A stretch of 64,000 bases of DNA from Mesotaenium endlicherianum (lineage: Eukaryota): assembly GCA_009602735.1 (NCBI GenBank), contig WELA01000232.1, forward strand, positions 1 to 64,000, in the 5' to 3' direction. The notes under the pieces were generated by a model, which did not search any database, had not been told where the DNA came from, and was given only the letters and a program-made list of their open reading frames with translations. Positions 28,202-40,100 of this stretch are shown one piece after another. Each line of letters starts with the position of its first letter. The stretch's first letter is position 1. The position numbers and the translations under genes are program-made.

Positions 28202-31200
28202 TTACAATAATGCAGGCTGTAACTGGTGCATTGTATTCGTTTCTGTGGAAGAGACCTGGGGAGTGAATAATCGATCGATCTTTATTCCATTTCCACTCAC
28301 CACAATATAATGGCCGCCGCCTGTAAGTATGCATTGCTGTAATAAGGTAAAGGCTGCGTCTGTCTCAATAGGTTCCATTCCAGTCTGTTCCTTCAAAGCA
28401 GCAAGTGCATGTTCAGGAACTTGCATCCCGCCTTCCTTCCAAGGCGGCCAGCTTACAGCAATAGTAATGCCGTTGCATTTCTTCTGCGCTGTTAGCTGGT
28501 TTCGGTAAACCGCCCACTCTTCCAGGAAACGGTTTGCATAGGAGTAATCAGTCTGTCCGATATTACCGGTAATAGATGTCAGCGATGAGAATAACGCAAA
28601 AAACCGGAGTGAATGCGCCAGCGTGGCATCGTGAATATTAATTAGTCCGTGTATCTTACCTGCAAATACTTTCTCCACCTGATCTTTTTGCTTATTGAGA
28701 AGAAGACCGTCTTGCAGGCTTCCCGCACAATGAAACACCGCGGAAAGGCCACCAAATTGTTTCTCTATGACTTTAATCAATTCCTGTACGGCTTCCCGGT
28801 TACCGATGTCACAGGCATGATAACTGATTTCCATGCCATGCGCTTTTAAATCAGCTAATTCTTCTGCCTGGGCAATCGTGATTTTGCGACCGGTTATTAC
28901 AACCTTGCACTTAAATTCTCCAGCAAGATATTTTCCTAGCAGCCACCCGATCTTTCCGGTTCCCCCGGTGATTAAACAGGTATCATCTGCAGTAAGATAT
29001 ATGGCATCTTTTGCCGGTTGAGGAGCATTAGTAGAGATGACTTCACAAAGCTCCAGTGTGTCAGCTTTCGGGTTTATGCTGCGCCAACAATCCTGCGTTG
29101 CAGAACTTGCAGACACAGTTGCGATTTTTGTGGCGAGGGTAACATGTTCTTTTAATATTGCTTCGTCCGTTTTGAAAAATTTAAAACTGAGTTTAGGGTT
29201 TTCCTTGTTAAGGCTCCTTCCAAAGCTACTGAGTGCACCAATGGCAATATCTGCAGGATAAACAGAAGGAAATACTACAACTACCTGCAATGGCTTTCTG
29301 ATTTGCGACTTCACCAGATTTTTACACAGATTGAAAAACTGGGTGTAAATAGTATTGACGCAGTCTTGCAGGTTCATTTCACCTGTCATATGTCCATCCA
29401 TCTGCCAAACGATGCAATCGCACAAGCCGTTTTCTTGGAGGGCTTTTAAGAATTTTCTTACCTGTAAAAAGGAATTAAAATCGAGTTGATAACTCACTCC
29501 GTCAAAGGAGAATGGCCCTGGTTTGTTATTTGCCCGGGTGGTGCTGAAATGCAACTGTTCTAGCTGGTCTGCCAGGCTGCTATTATTCAGTACTAGTATA
29601 CTGCGCGATTCAGATACCTTGGAAGATATTTCCGGGATTCTCATTTTTTTCCATTGTTCCGAATAAAAGCATATTTGTCCGACTGCGTTGCTGGCCCCCC
29701 TTGTCGGCATTGTTCTCGCGGAACTGCCCGCAATACTTACCAAAACCTCTCCAGTTTCATCAGTAACCAAAATATCTGTTTTTTCAAGTCGGCCGCTATA
29801 TCTGGCTGCTTTTGCGCGTACCAAGCAGGCACGGGTGGGCATTCTGTGCACCGTTAGCCTGTCGATATGAAAAGGAACAGAAAGGTCTTTATTTGGCTCA
29901 GCGAGCAGTTGTTGCAGCACGACAGCCTGCAAGGCGCAATCCAAAAAAGGAATAGCCTCTAACATATTGGATGGGGAAAGCCCGCCTATCACACTGGCGA
30001 TAACCTCTCTCTGACGCGTCCACAACTTTTTTATTAGGCGGAATGTTCTTCCATAGCTAATGCCTTTGTCCTTCAGCAGGTTGTAACAGGCGTCTGACGA
30101 CCTCTTATCGGAAGATCGTATCCAGCCTAAATCAATATCAGTTTTTTCGGACAATACGTCCTTCGAATCGACTGTTGCGGTAAAATACGTGATTCGTTTA
30201 TTTTCATGATTCGATGTACAGACCGCCTGTAATCGGCCATGCTTTTCTTCAAAAGAAACGTTTAACAAAACTGACTTCTCTTGCTTGAAACTAAGAACAT
30301 GAAACAATGTGATATCAGAAAGACTAGTAATTGGCTGCCCAAACCGCTGTTCATATGCCTGGTAAACAAATGCAACATAGGCCATGCCCGGCAATATTTT
30401 TTCCCCATTAATGACATGATCTTCAAGAAAAAGTTCTTTACCTGTAAGCACTATGCCATTATCTATAGATTCGGGCGATTCGGATGGTAGTATAAGTGCT
30501 GGCTTCGTTGCAACAACAGTTTCTAAAAAGGTCGGCCAGAAACGGTCCTTTTTAAACGGATAAACGGGCAGCGGTGTTCTGCGCCAGGAATGGTCAGCAA
30601 TAATCTTCCAATCAATTTGCATACCCCAGGACCACAATCTCGCAATTTTCTCAAACCTTCGTTCATGGAGCATTGTAGCCGTAAATGCGCTGCCTTCATC
30701 ACCGTCTAACAGCTGAATTTTATCACGGTCCTTTTTTATGTTGCCTCGATAACCACTTGTTATGTTTCCATCGATGAACGAACGTAACAGATCAACACAT
30801 TGTCCCACAGATTGAACAACCCAGCAAATGCGTTCGTCCATAGCCTCCCTTCCCGTTTGTAAGGTGTAAGCCATATTACCTAGATTAATATCGTTTTCAT
30901 GTGCCTCTACAAATGCTAACAGGCTCTGCGCCTGCGCCTTGAGCTGAATTTCATCTTTTGCTGAAAGCACTAGTACAGTACCTGCCGCTTTCTTTTGTGG
31001 CGATGGCGGAGTAAATTCCTCCAACACGATGTGAGCATTCACACCGCCAAATCCAAAAGAGCTAACACCCGCCCGCCTAGGTAGCAGCTCTCCTTCCTCG
31101 GTAGCAACAGGATTCCAGTCAGCAGAATGCTTTGCAATATAGAAGGGGCTATCGTCAAGCTTAATATGAGGATTCAACTCTTTTAAATGAATTGAAGCCG

Positions 31201-34200
31201 GTATTTTTTTGTGTTTCATGGCCAACACTACTTTCAAAAAACTGGCAATACCTGCAGCAGACTCAAGGTGGCCTATATTTGTCTTTACTGATCCTATGGC
31301 GGTCCTGTTAGTTGCAACAGTTAAACCCGCTTGTTTGTAAAGTTGCGCAAACGCGTCCTTCAGTCCATTTATCTCAATAGGATCACCCAAAGCAGTTCCA
31401 GTGCCGTGCATTTCAATATAACTAACCGATGCAGGGTCTATGTTTGCCTTGCGATAAGCCGCTATCAACAATTCTGATTGCGCCTTCGGATTAGGAGCAG
31501 TCAAAGCATTTGCCTTGCCGCCATGATTAAGAGCACTGGCTTTTATCACAGCATAAATATGGTCTCCATCTTCTATTGCTTTTTTGAATGGCTTCAATAC
31601 CACCGTTCCAATGCCTTCCCCTCGGACGTATCCATTAGCAGTAGCATCAAACGTCTTGCATTTGTTATCAGGTGACAACATCCCAATCTTGCTCAAACAC
31701 AAATGCGGCATGGGGTCAATCATAATATTGATCCCTCCAGCAATAGCAATGCTGCAATCGCCATTATGGAGGGCCTTTACTGCATTATGAATAGCTACCA
31801 ATGCAGAAGAGCATGCCGTGTCTACTACTTCGCTCGGACCCGTCCAGTTAAAAAGATATGAAACACGATTGACAAGGATGGTTCTCGATATCCCGGAAAG
31901 TGTGAAGTTGTCAATTCTTGGACTGTTATTGATACAAAGGCTGGCGTATTCATCACCGGTAGCTCCTATGAAAATGCCAACGTCTTTCCCCTGCAGCAAC
32001 GACGCGGGGTAACCCGCATCTTCGAGGCTATGCCATACGTTCTGAAGCAACATCCGTTGCCGCGGATCCATCAATTCTGCTTCACGGGGAGAGATACCAA
32101 AGAAGGCTGCGTCAAATTTATCAATTTCGCGCATAAAGCCGCCTTTGTTTGACAGCGTTTTGTTGTCCTCTTTTTGCGGATCACCAAATATGGGGCTCCA
32201 GTCCCAACGATCAGATGGTATCTCGACTACGCAGTCTCTTTCCTGCTCCAGGTTTCGCCAGAACTCATTCAAGTCGTCTGCTAATGGCATTTTACCCCAC
32301 ATGCCTATAATGGCAATTTCCTGATCATGATCTGAAGATTGGCGAGCATCTGAAGCTGTTACAGTTTGGGTTGGTGCAGCTGGCTTTTTTACCATCGGTT
32401 CGACCGGTGCTTCCATAACGGCCAGCGAGGCTCCCCTATCAAAACTGGTGGCGCAGTTTCCAAAATAGCGCCAAAGCATTTGTTCGTATTTGTCGATCAG
32501 ATAGTTACTGATCTTCTCTATCGTATTGTGATGAAAGAAGTCAGTTGGATTCACATCGCTCTGTAGTTTTTCCATTAACTCGGCACTCAGTCTTGTATAA
32601 TGCAACGAATTAAACCCAAGGTGTCCTATATTTGAAAACAGGTCGACCTGTTCTTCGCTGCAGTCCAATATATCTGCGACCTCTTTCCTTACAAACCTGT
32701 TCAAATTCTCTTTCAGAAGCAGTTTGTCAAACTGAACAGCTTCCGCCGTTCTTTCTTCGGCTCGTAGATTTTGATTTTCTTCTTCGCTTTTTCCGTATTT
32801 AGACTCTATAGCAGTAATGCTCTCAGTGGTCAAGACTTTTCTGTCGACCTTGCCGTTATCAGTAACCGGCATCAGAGAGAGAAATACCACACGGGATGGA
32901 ATCATATACTCTGGCAGTAACGCAGCTAATAGTTGCTTCGCTTCTTCCTCGTTGGCTGTCTGCTTTATCTTAGGTACAACAAAAGCAACCAGGATTCGAT
33001 TGCCTGTTGTTTCCTCGCGCATAACCGTTACTGCTTCATCCATACCGGTTTTCTGCAAGGCTGCATCTATTTCACCCAGTTCGATGCGAAAACCCCTGAT
33101 CTTCACCTGATGATCGACACGACCCAAAAATTCGATATTGCCGTCAGGAAAGAAACGGGCCATATCCCCTGTTTTGTACATTTTTAAACCGGATCGTTCA
33201 TGAAATGGGTCAGGAAGAAATTTTTCCCTAGTCAGCTGGTCTGAATTGATATATCCTTCGCTTAAGCATTCACCACCGATATATAAATTACCTGCTTCTC
33301 CGACTGCACATGGCTCCTGTTCATCATTCAGAACATAATAGCGCGCATTTTGTATAGGCCGGCCATAGGGTATGCTTTTCCATGATGGTTTGATCTGTTC
33401 TACAGGATAATAATTTGACCACACGGTCGCCTCGGTTGCTCCGCCTAGGCTAATCACTTCAGCTTGCGGAAACATCTTTTTCATTTCATCTGGGAGTGTG
33501 AGCGGAATCCAGTCGCCACTAAGGAATACCAAACGCATGGACTGATTGACAATCCCCTTCTGCAACTTCAGGAAAGGCATCAGGAGTTGCAGCGCAGATG
33601 GAGCAGAATTCCAGAAGCTGACAGGCTCATTGCATAAAATTTCGGTAAGCATCTTGGCATTCGTTCTTTCCTCTTCGGTGCATATCCTAATACTGCCTCC
33701 ATACCCCAACAATCCGAATATATCGAACACTGAAAGATCAAAACTGAGTGGACTTACAAAAAGAGTTCGGTCATTTTCAGTGAAATTAAAAGTTTTCTGC
33801 ACCCATTCAATAAGGTTTATAACCGGTCGGTGTTTCACGACTACTCCTTTGGGTACACCAGTACTTCCTGAGGTGAAGATAACATATGCAATATTGTTTG
33901 CACTTACTCCACTCACGGGGGATTGGGTAGCATTTTCGCACCGTATAAGTTCGTGATCTCCGTCAACAAATATGAAACGCAGACCGTCAATACTTATCCT
34001 TTCATAGATTGAAAGCCTCGTAATAATAATCTTTATTTTAGCTGTATCCACAATTGACTGAATACGATTGACAGGATCTGCTGTATTCAGAGGCACATAA
34101 GCAGCTCCGGCCTTTAGTATTGCCAGTACCGAAATAATCATATCGTGCGAACGCTCAAGGCAGATACCGACCAATGTGTCAGGTCCAACTCCCTGTTTTT

Positions 34201-37144
34201 GCAAAAAATGAGCAAGCTGATTGGCTCTCCAATTAAGTTCAGCATAACTAAGAGAGCTTTCGTTCGTAACTGTCGCTATGTTGTTGGGTGCTGCTTCGGC
34301 ATGTCTCTCAAAAAGTTGATGTATGCAGGTATTTCGATTATATTCGCAATCTGTGCTGTTCCAGCTTGCGAGCAGTTCAAGTCTTTGGCGAATGTCAGAC
34401 AAAGGCGCATAATCAGTCCTCGGTAAAAGGGGGCCCTCTTGCCACGAAGTAGCGTTTTCACAAAGTCTATCAATCACGTTCAGAAAGGTCGAAGAAAGGT
34501 GTGAGACTGTATCAGCAAGAAGTTTTGACGCATCATAATCCCAGTTACAGAACAAGACGCCATCACGTTCATATACAAACAAATCAAGCAAAATAGAAGG
34601 AGTATTGGACACACCTATGCCTTCAGACGCTGGTATAGGGATTTCAGGCAAGTCAAGACAATTGGTAAACGCCACCGGGAAGGAGAGTATCGGCCTATTT
34701 CCCTCCTGCACACGCTGCCTAAAACCTTCGATACCGCTGACCCAACCATTACCTCGATCCAGCAAAAGTTGACGGTTAGTAGCAATTATTTTCTCAATAA
34801 AATCCCCTTTTTGTGAAGTAATCCAGCACAAATTGGTCATATCTCCCAATAGATTATACCCCCCTGGTATTACTCTTCTGTGCTCATAGTCAACGAAGAC
34901 AATACTGAATGTAGTCTCCTGACACAAGCTGCTTATTATTTCAGCGTACACAGCCAACAAAATAGCCACAGGCTCCACTCTAAACTCAGCAGCTTTGTTT
35001 CTCAACATGCTCCATTTGTGATAGCTATTAGTGATTCTTTCTGGCATTTTGGCCACTTCGTTTGTACTCAAAACAGGAAGCGCCGGACCCGATGGGAGCT
35101 CTTTTATTTTTTGACTCCAGTAGCTCTTGGACAATTCATACTGCACCTGGTTCTTTTGGGGATCCAATGCTCCGATATAATCATAATGATTTAGTTGCTT
35201 TTGTAACTCCAAAACAGTCTTTCCTTCATAAAGGGAAAATAGCTGATCATAGAATAAAAACATGCTAAAACCATCGGCCACCATCATATCAAGAGTAATA
35301 TGCACAATAGCTTTGCTCGTATTTACCCTTGAAACAACAATATCAAACGAAGGCCAGGACTTTAACGGAAAGAACCGACTGCTCATTTCCCTTCTCACCG
35401 TATTCAGGCGTTCCAATTTTTCACTTTCCGAGAGGTTAGATAGATCACGTACGGCAGCAGTAAAGAAACACGACCCAGAGCTTACCAATTGATTTCCCTT
35501 TGATGTAAAAACTGTGCGCAAAGCCGGATGCATTTTTATGAGCGTGTTGATCGCCGTATCAAATCGGGCTGAGTCAAATTTTATTACCTCAAATTCTTTA
35601 TAAACAATGGCAGGTTTTTTGTCGGTATGCAGCTTACAGGAAAAATAGCTTTCCTGCAACTGTGTTAAACGAAACGGTTCAGCAGGAAAAGTACTACTAT
35701 ATTCAACTTCAGGAATTTGCAGTCTCGGAATCAGCCCACCCGTATCGTCTCGGTCTCGTTGATTGTACAATGTCTCGCAGAACCTTTCAAACAATATCTT
35801 TATAAACCCTTTTTCAAAATAATTGTGCGCTACATCCCATCTTACCAACAAGCTCCCATTTTTTTCGATTAACTGGTGGTCCAGCAGCACTTGAGGCGTT
35901 TGTGCATTACCGTAGCTCTGAGAATCCAGCCAACTGCTGTTTTCTTTTTTGTCGTTGTTAAGCAGGCTGGTAAAAACAACAGGAAGAGAAGGAAGCATTG
36001 TTTTATCCCTTGCTGTACGCAAGGACGCAACCGCACTTACAAGACTGTGATCCATATCTTCCCAAAGCTGCTGTTGGACAGATTTGACCTGTTCTTTTAA
36101 AGTTTCGCCAGGATCGTGTACCGCACAAAAAATACTGGTAGATGTAAAAGGGCCGAAAAGCTTCGCAACATCTGGATGTAGTGGCAGACGGCTAGCCGTT
36201 GTAAGAACAATTGCGAACTCATTGCTCTCACTAAATGCCCTCAGCACATTTGCAAACAAAGTAAGCAGCAAGGCAGCAGGTGTTACATCCATTTCTTTCG
36301 CAGTGGCTTTAATATTCTTCCATATCGCTTCATCTGTATGATATTCCAGCCTGATTCGTTCCGCCATATTCATGTTGGTGGCATCCTTGCAATACGATAG
36401 TTGCGGCCCCCCTTTTAGTGACGCCAATTTGTCTTGCCAATAGGACAGATGTTTTTGGTAAAGCACAGTTCGCTCTATCTTACACAAGGCCAGTACATAG
36501 TCGCGAAAGGTAATATCAGTTCTTTCAGGTGCAGTGCCATTCGTGTACAACTGATACCATTGTTGGAAGAGCATCGATGCACTTGGGCCGTCCGTAATCC
36601 ATGAATCCATACTAACGTGTACGATCGCATCATTGTCGCAGAGGGTTACCCTGATGTCAAACAACGGCCAATCCCCTGCCGCATAATATTTATGCGACAT
36701 TTCATTTCTAATATCCTGTAGATGGGACTCAATTAAAGATTTTTCTTTGATAGGATACGACTGGAATCGGTACGGTGTTATATTTTCCTGTATTTGCTGC
36801 TGGCCATTTTTTGAGATCACAGCACGCAGCATATCGTGGTGTTGAATGAGCTTATTCCATGCAGCTTCCAAATCAGAAAGCCTTATTTGGCATACATTAA
36901 ATTCAAGATAAGAGTGACAGCCCACCCGCTCTTTTGGAGGCAGCAAATACCGCCCTGCGAAATAGGCGGACTGCAGGTCGGTGAGAGCAAAAGGCTGGTA
37001 GCGATTACTTTGGTCAGGCTCAATCATCGGAAGTGATCCATATGTCTCTTCCATTGATTGTTTAGAATCATTTGTCAGCTTACTTTTCAATGCCAACAAT
37101 CGGGCACGTTTTTCCTCTGCCCTCAGGTGATTAGATGTTGCCAC
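28202..37144 (-). CDS. hybrid NRPS/trans-AT PKS: Cy-Cy-A(Cys)-PCP-KS-DH-KR
   Basis: DSWITDGPS and DMMVADGFS (Cy DxxxxD); FDLSVFD/WNSAPS/LSGDWIP/SLGGATEATVWS (Cys-type A); GFNSL; TACSS/HGTGT/NIGHL; DHVINGEKILPG; GGTGKIG..YSYAN. Confidence 0.92.
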   Translation of the reverse strand: MATSNHLRAEEKRARLLALKSKLTNDSKQSMEETYGSLPMIEPDQSNRYQPFALTDLQSAYFAGRYLLPPKERVGCHSYLEFNVCQIRLSDLEAAWNKLIQHHDMLRAVISKNGQQQIQENITPYRFQSYPIKEKSLIESHLQDIRNEMSHKYYAAGDWPLFDIRVTLCDNDAIVHVSMDSWITDGPSASMLFQQWYQLYTNGTAPERTDITFRDYVLALCKIERTVLYQKHLSYWQDKLASLKGGPQLSYCKDATNMNMAERIRLEYHTDEAIWKNIKATAKEMDVTPAALLLTLFANVLRAFSESNEFAIVLTTASRLPLHPDVAKLFGPFTSTSIFCAVHDPGETLKEQVKSVQQQLWEDMDHSLVSAVASLRTARDKTMLPSLPVVFTSLLNNDKKENSSWLDSQSYGNAQTPQVLLDHQLIEKNGSLLVRWDVAHNYFEKGFIKILFERFCETLYNQRDRDDTGGLIPRLQIPEVEYSSTFPAEPFRLTQLQESYFSCKLHTDKKPAIVYKEFEVIKFDSARFDTAINTLIKMHPALRTVFTSKGNQLVSSGSCFFTAAVRDLSNLSESEKLERLNTVRREMSSRFFPLKSWPSFDIVVSRVNTSKAIVHITLDMMVADGFSMFLFYDQLFSLYEGKTVLELQKQLNHYDYIGALDPQKNQVQYELSKSYWSQKIKELPSGPALPVLSTNEVAKMPERITNSYHKWSMLRNKAAEFRVEPVAILLAVYAEIISSLCQETTFSIVFVDYEHRRVIPGGYNLLGDMTNLCWITSQKGDFIEKIIATNRQLLLDRGNGWVSGIEGFRQRVQEGNRPILSFPVAFTNCLDLPEIPIPASEGIGVSNTPSILLDLFVYERDGVLFCNWDYDASKLLADTVSHLSSTFLNVIDRLCENATSWQEGPLLPRTDYAPLSDIRQRLELLASWNSTDCEYNRNTCIHQLFERHAEAAPNNIATVTNESSLSYAELNWRANQLAHFLQKQGVGPDTLVGICLERSHDMIISVLAILKAGAAYVPLNTADPVNRIQSIVDTAKIKIIITRLSIYERISIDGLRFIFVDGDHELIRCENATQSPVSGVSANNIAYVIFTSGSTGVPKGVVVKHRPVINLIEWVQKTFNFTENDRTLFVSPLSFDLSVFDIFGLLGYGGSIRICTEEERTNAKMLTEILCNEPVSFWNSAPSALQLLMPFLKLQKGIVNQSMRLVFLSGDWIPLTLPDEMKKMFPQAEVISLGGATEATVWSNYYPVEQIKPSWKSIPYGRPIQNARYYVLNDEQEPCAVGEAGNLYIGGECLSEGYINSDQLTREKFLPDPFHERSGLKMYKTGDMARFFPDGNIEFLGRVDHQVKIRGFRIELGEIDAALQKTGMDEAVTVMREETTGNRILVAFVVPKIKQTANEEEAKQLLAALLPEYMIPSRVVFLSLMPVTDNGKVDRKVLTTESITAIESKYGKSEEENQNLRAEERTAEAVQFDKLLLKENLNRFVRKEVADILDCSEEQVDLFSNIGHLGFNSLHYTRLSAELMEKLQSDVNPTDFFHHNTIEKISNYLIDKYEQMLWRYFGNCATSFDRGASLAVMEAPVEPMVKKPAAPTQTVTASDARQSSDHDQEIAIIGMWGKMPLADDLNEFWRNLEQERDCVVEIPSDRWDWSPIFGDPQKEDNKTLSNKGGFMREIDKFDAAFFGISPREAELMDPRQRMLLQNVWHSLEDAGYPASLLQGKDVGIFIGATGDEYASLCINNSPRIDNFTLSGISRTILVNRVSYLFNWTGPSEVVDTACSSALVAIHNAVKALHNGDCSIAIAGGINIMIDPMPHLCLSKIGMLSPDNKCKTFDATANGYVRGEGIGTVVLKPFKKAIEDGDHIYAVIKASALNHGGKANALTAPNPKAQSELLIAAYRKANIDPASVSYIEMHGTGTALGDPIEINGLKDAFAQLYKQAGLTVATNRTAIGSVKTNIGHLESAAGIASFLKVVLAMKHKKIPASIHLKELNPHIKLDDSPFYIAKHSADWNPVATEEGELLPRRAGVSSFGFGGVNAHIVLEEFTPPSPQKKAAGTVLVLSAKDEIQLKAQAQSLLAFVEAHENDINLGNMAYTLQTGREAMDERICWVVQSVGQCVDLLRSFIDGNITSGYRGNIKKDRDKIQLLDGDEGSAFTATMLHERRFEKIARLWSWGMQIDWKIIADHSWRRTPLPVYPFKKDRFWPTFLETVVATKPALILPSESPESIDNGIVLTGKELFLEDHVINGEKILPGMAYVAFVYQAYEQRFGQPITSLSDITLFHVLSFKQEKSVLLNVSFEEKHGRLQAVCTSNHENKRITYFTATVDSKDVLSEKTDIDLGWIRSSDKRSSDACYNLLKDKGISYGRTFRLIKKLWTRQREVIASVIGGLSPSNMLEAIPFLDCALQAVVLQQLLAEPNKDLSVPFHIDRLTVHRMPTRACLVRAKAARYSGRLEKTDILVTDETGEVLVSIAGSSARTMPTRGASNAVGQICFYSEQWKKMRIPEISSKVSESRSILVLNNSSLADQLEQLHFSTTRANNKPGPFSFDGVSYQLDFNSFLQVRKFLKALQENGLCDCIVWQMDGHMTGEMNLQDCVNTIYTQFFNLCKNLVKSQIRKPLQVVVVFPSVYPADIAIGALSSFGRSLNKENPKLSFKFFKTDEAILKEHVTLATKIATVSASSATQDCWRSINPKADTLELCEVISTNAPQPAKDAIYLTADDTCLITGGTGKIGWLLGKYLAGEFKCKVVITGRKITIAQAEELADLKAHGMEISYHACDIGNREAVQELIKVIEKQFGGLSAVFHCAGSLQDGLLLNKQKDQVEKVFAGKIHGLINIHDATLAHSLRFFALFSSLTSITGNIGQTDYSYANRFLEEWAVYRNQLTAQKKCNGITIAVSWPPWKEGGMQVPEHALAALKEQTGMEPIETDAAFTLLQQCILTGGGHYIVVSGNGIKIDRLFTPQVSSTETNTMHQLQPALL

Positions 37145-37149
37145 TGTGT

Positions 37150-40100
37150 TTACTCTTTAATGCTTGAAGAATTTTCCATGTATTCGAACATCTTATCCAG
37201 CGTAGTGTTGTCTAAAATTTCTATATCTAGCTGGTCATTCATGAACCGATCAACCAATTTTTTTATGGCATCGCTTTCTTCGTTGGTCCCGTTCGATCTG
37301 ATGGCATTCTCTATTTCGCTCAGCGTATGATGAGGATTCAAATGCTCCATATTGATCGGCCGAGAGAGCGTTCGCTCCAAATCATACTTCAAACTGACTG
37401 CTTTAATGGAATCAAAGCCATAATTATCCAGTGAAACCGAATACGATAATTGTCCCGCCGATAATTCTAATAATCGAATAACAGAGTCTAAAAGAGCTTG
37501 TTTCAAGCTTTGGCTACTCTTTCCATTGACACTATTAATTGTTTCTTGCTCTGCAGGTGCTGCTGACCCCTGTGATTTTGGCTGGCTTATCCAATAGCTC
37601 TGAGTATCAAAGGAGTAGCCGGGCAAGGGTATCCTATTTCCGTTTGTCTTTCCAAACACCATTTCCCAGTCGGGCATGTTACCTTGTTCAATCCATATTT
37701 TGAGATCCGACAATTGTTTGTAATGCATTTCTTCATTCAACAGGTCTGCGTCTTGCATAGGAGGATGTGCCGCTCCTTTGTTATGATGATGTTCTTTGTA
37801 AGCTGGCTTTACCACTGACTGCTGCAGCTGATCATAGAGGTCCTGTATACTATTAACTAAAAACAGTTGATAAAAAGGAAAGAAGGACCTGCCAATGCAT
37901 AGGGTATATGCAACGTCGCATAGGGAAGCAGATGGGTTCTGCGTCAACCATGTTGTCATATCTCTCATTCTGGCCATTAATGAAGCAGGTGTTCTTGCGC
38001 TCAAAGGCACCAGGTAGCAGGGAAAGGGATTAGCTTGAGCCGGGCTTTGGCAAGCTTCTTCCACTACGCAATGAGCATTGGTGCCACCCATGCCAAATGA
38101 ATTGACAGCAGCAATCAAAGGCTTTTTATCGCCCGGATTCCATTCTTGTTTTTCCTTGACTACATAAAACGGGCTCTCATTAAAATTTATATGTTTGTTT
38201 GGCTGGGAAAAATTTAATGAGGGCGGGAGTATTCGATGAACAAGTGAAAAGAGTACTTTGATAAGGCCTGTTATACCAGCAGCAGCTGTAAGGTGGCCGA
38301 TATTGGTCTTAACCGACCCAATGCCACAAAACTGGCTTCTTTGCGTATACCTTCTAAATGTCCTTGTAAGTGCGTCGATTTCTATAGGGTCGCCAAGCCG
38401 TGTACCAGTGCCATGCGCCTCTATATAGGAGATCATTTCAGGGTTGATGCCAAATCGTTCATAGGCCTGCAATTGTACCATCGACTGAGCCGCGGCTCCA
38501 GGGGAGGCCAGTCCGTTAGCACGTCCGCCATGATTTACCGATGTACCTTTGATGACCCCGTAGATAAAGTCACTATTTGCTTTTGCATCAGCCATGGGCC
38601 TCAACACGACAAAGCCGGCACCTTCGCCATGCACGAATCCGTCAGCATCGTCATCAAAAGCACGGCATTTCCCTGATGGGGAAAAAATACCAAGCCTGCT
38701 GGTAGCCACATAGAAAGAAGCTGCATGATTAATGCATACTCCTCCTACCAGCGCCATATCTATTTCACCGCTATGTAGGGCCTGACAAGCCAGGTGCAAT
38801 GCTACCAATGATGATGAACAAGCGGTATCAATCGTAAGATTGGGTCCGCGCAGATTCAGAAAATAAGAGAGCCTGGCACTGAGTACCGCAGCATCATTTC
38901 CAATGAGTGTTTCCGCAGAAGGAATAACCGATTCAGGATCAAACAACGAATCATAGTCACCTTTTTTGGCCCCTATATAAACCCCTACTTGATGATTTAC
39001 CAATGATTCCGGTGTGTAAGCTGCATCCTCAAGTGCATTCCAAGCTTCCATCAACATCAAACGATGTTGCGGATCCATGAAACACGCTTCATGCGGAGAA
39101 AGATTAAAGAAGAGTGGTTCAAACTGGTCGATATTCTCTAAAAGGCCTGCCCATTTGCTGATTGATTTTCCTTTCTTGTGAGGATCAGGATCATACGTTT
39201 GTGCTGTATCCCACCTCTGCGATGAAATCTCCTCTATACATTCTTTACCCTCCAGTAAATTAGCCCAAAACTCGCGCGCATTTGCCGCTTTAGGAAACCT
39301 GCCCGATACCCCAATAACAGCAATATCTTTCTCCTCCCTACCGGGTCTATCAATCCTTTTAGCTGTTTCATTTTCGAGATTCTTCAGATTGCCGCTCAGT
39401 AAGGAAATATAATTACCGAGTTCCTGTATGGTAGAATGATCAAAAAGCGTGGAAACTGGCAAATTAACGTTGTATATTTTCTCAAGACTCTGTATAAGCG
39501 CTACAGCCCCCATGGAATCTACCCCCATTTCAAAGAAAGGTGTTGTAAGGGAGATGAATGCTTCAGAGATTTCTAAAATAGCTGCCACATTTGTTCGAAT
39601 AGTCTGTACAACGGACCGTTCATTGTCCACTTCCTGTAAAGCAAATTTTTTTCCTGTCTTTTCCTGAAGCAACATACGGTCAATCTTGCCATTGGGCCGC
39701 AATGGCAAGGCTGGTATACAATGAAACATCGAAGGAATCATGAACCAAGGTAGGGTATCAGCAAGTTGCTGTCGCAGTCGTTGACCCAGGGTAGTATCGT
39801 CCGTTTCCAGAAACGCATGCAGCTGATTCTTCCCGCTTCTTAGAGGTCGAGTTATAACAGCACATTTGCTTATACCGGAGCAATTAAGAATTGCCTGTTC
39901 TATTTGTGCTGTTTCAACAAGAAACGCGTTAATCTTTACAGCGCCGTCCATGCGCCCTTTCATTTCAATTTGTCCCGTTGGCAACAACAAACCCGAGTCG
40001 CCGGTACGGTACAGTCTGCCAAGTAGCGGATGTATGAAAAATTTATTTTGATTCTGCTGGTCATTATTATAGTAGCCCAATGCTAGGGAATGTCCGCCCA

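Noticed and set aside
28182..28334. ORF-track N-terminal extension (MHTYRR...) of the last PKS
   Set aside because: Overlaps the upstream PKS by 133 nt and has no domain character; the ACP begins right after the ATG at 28181
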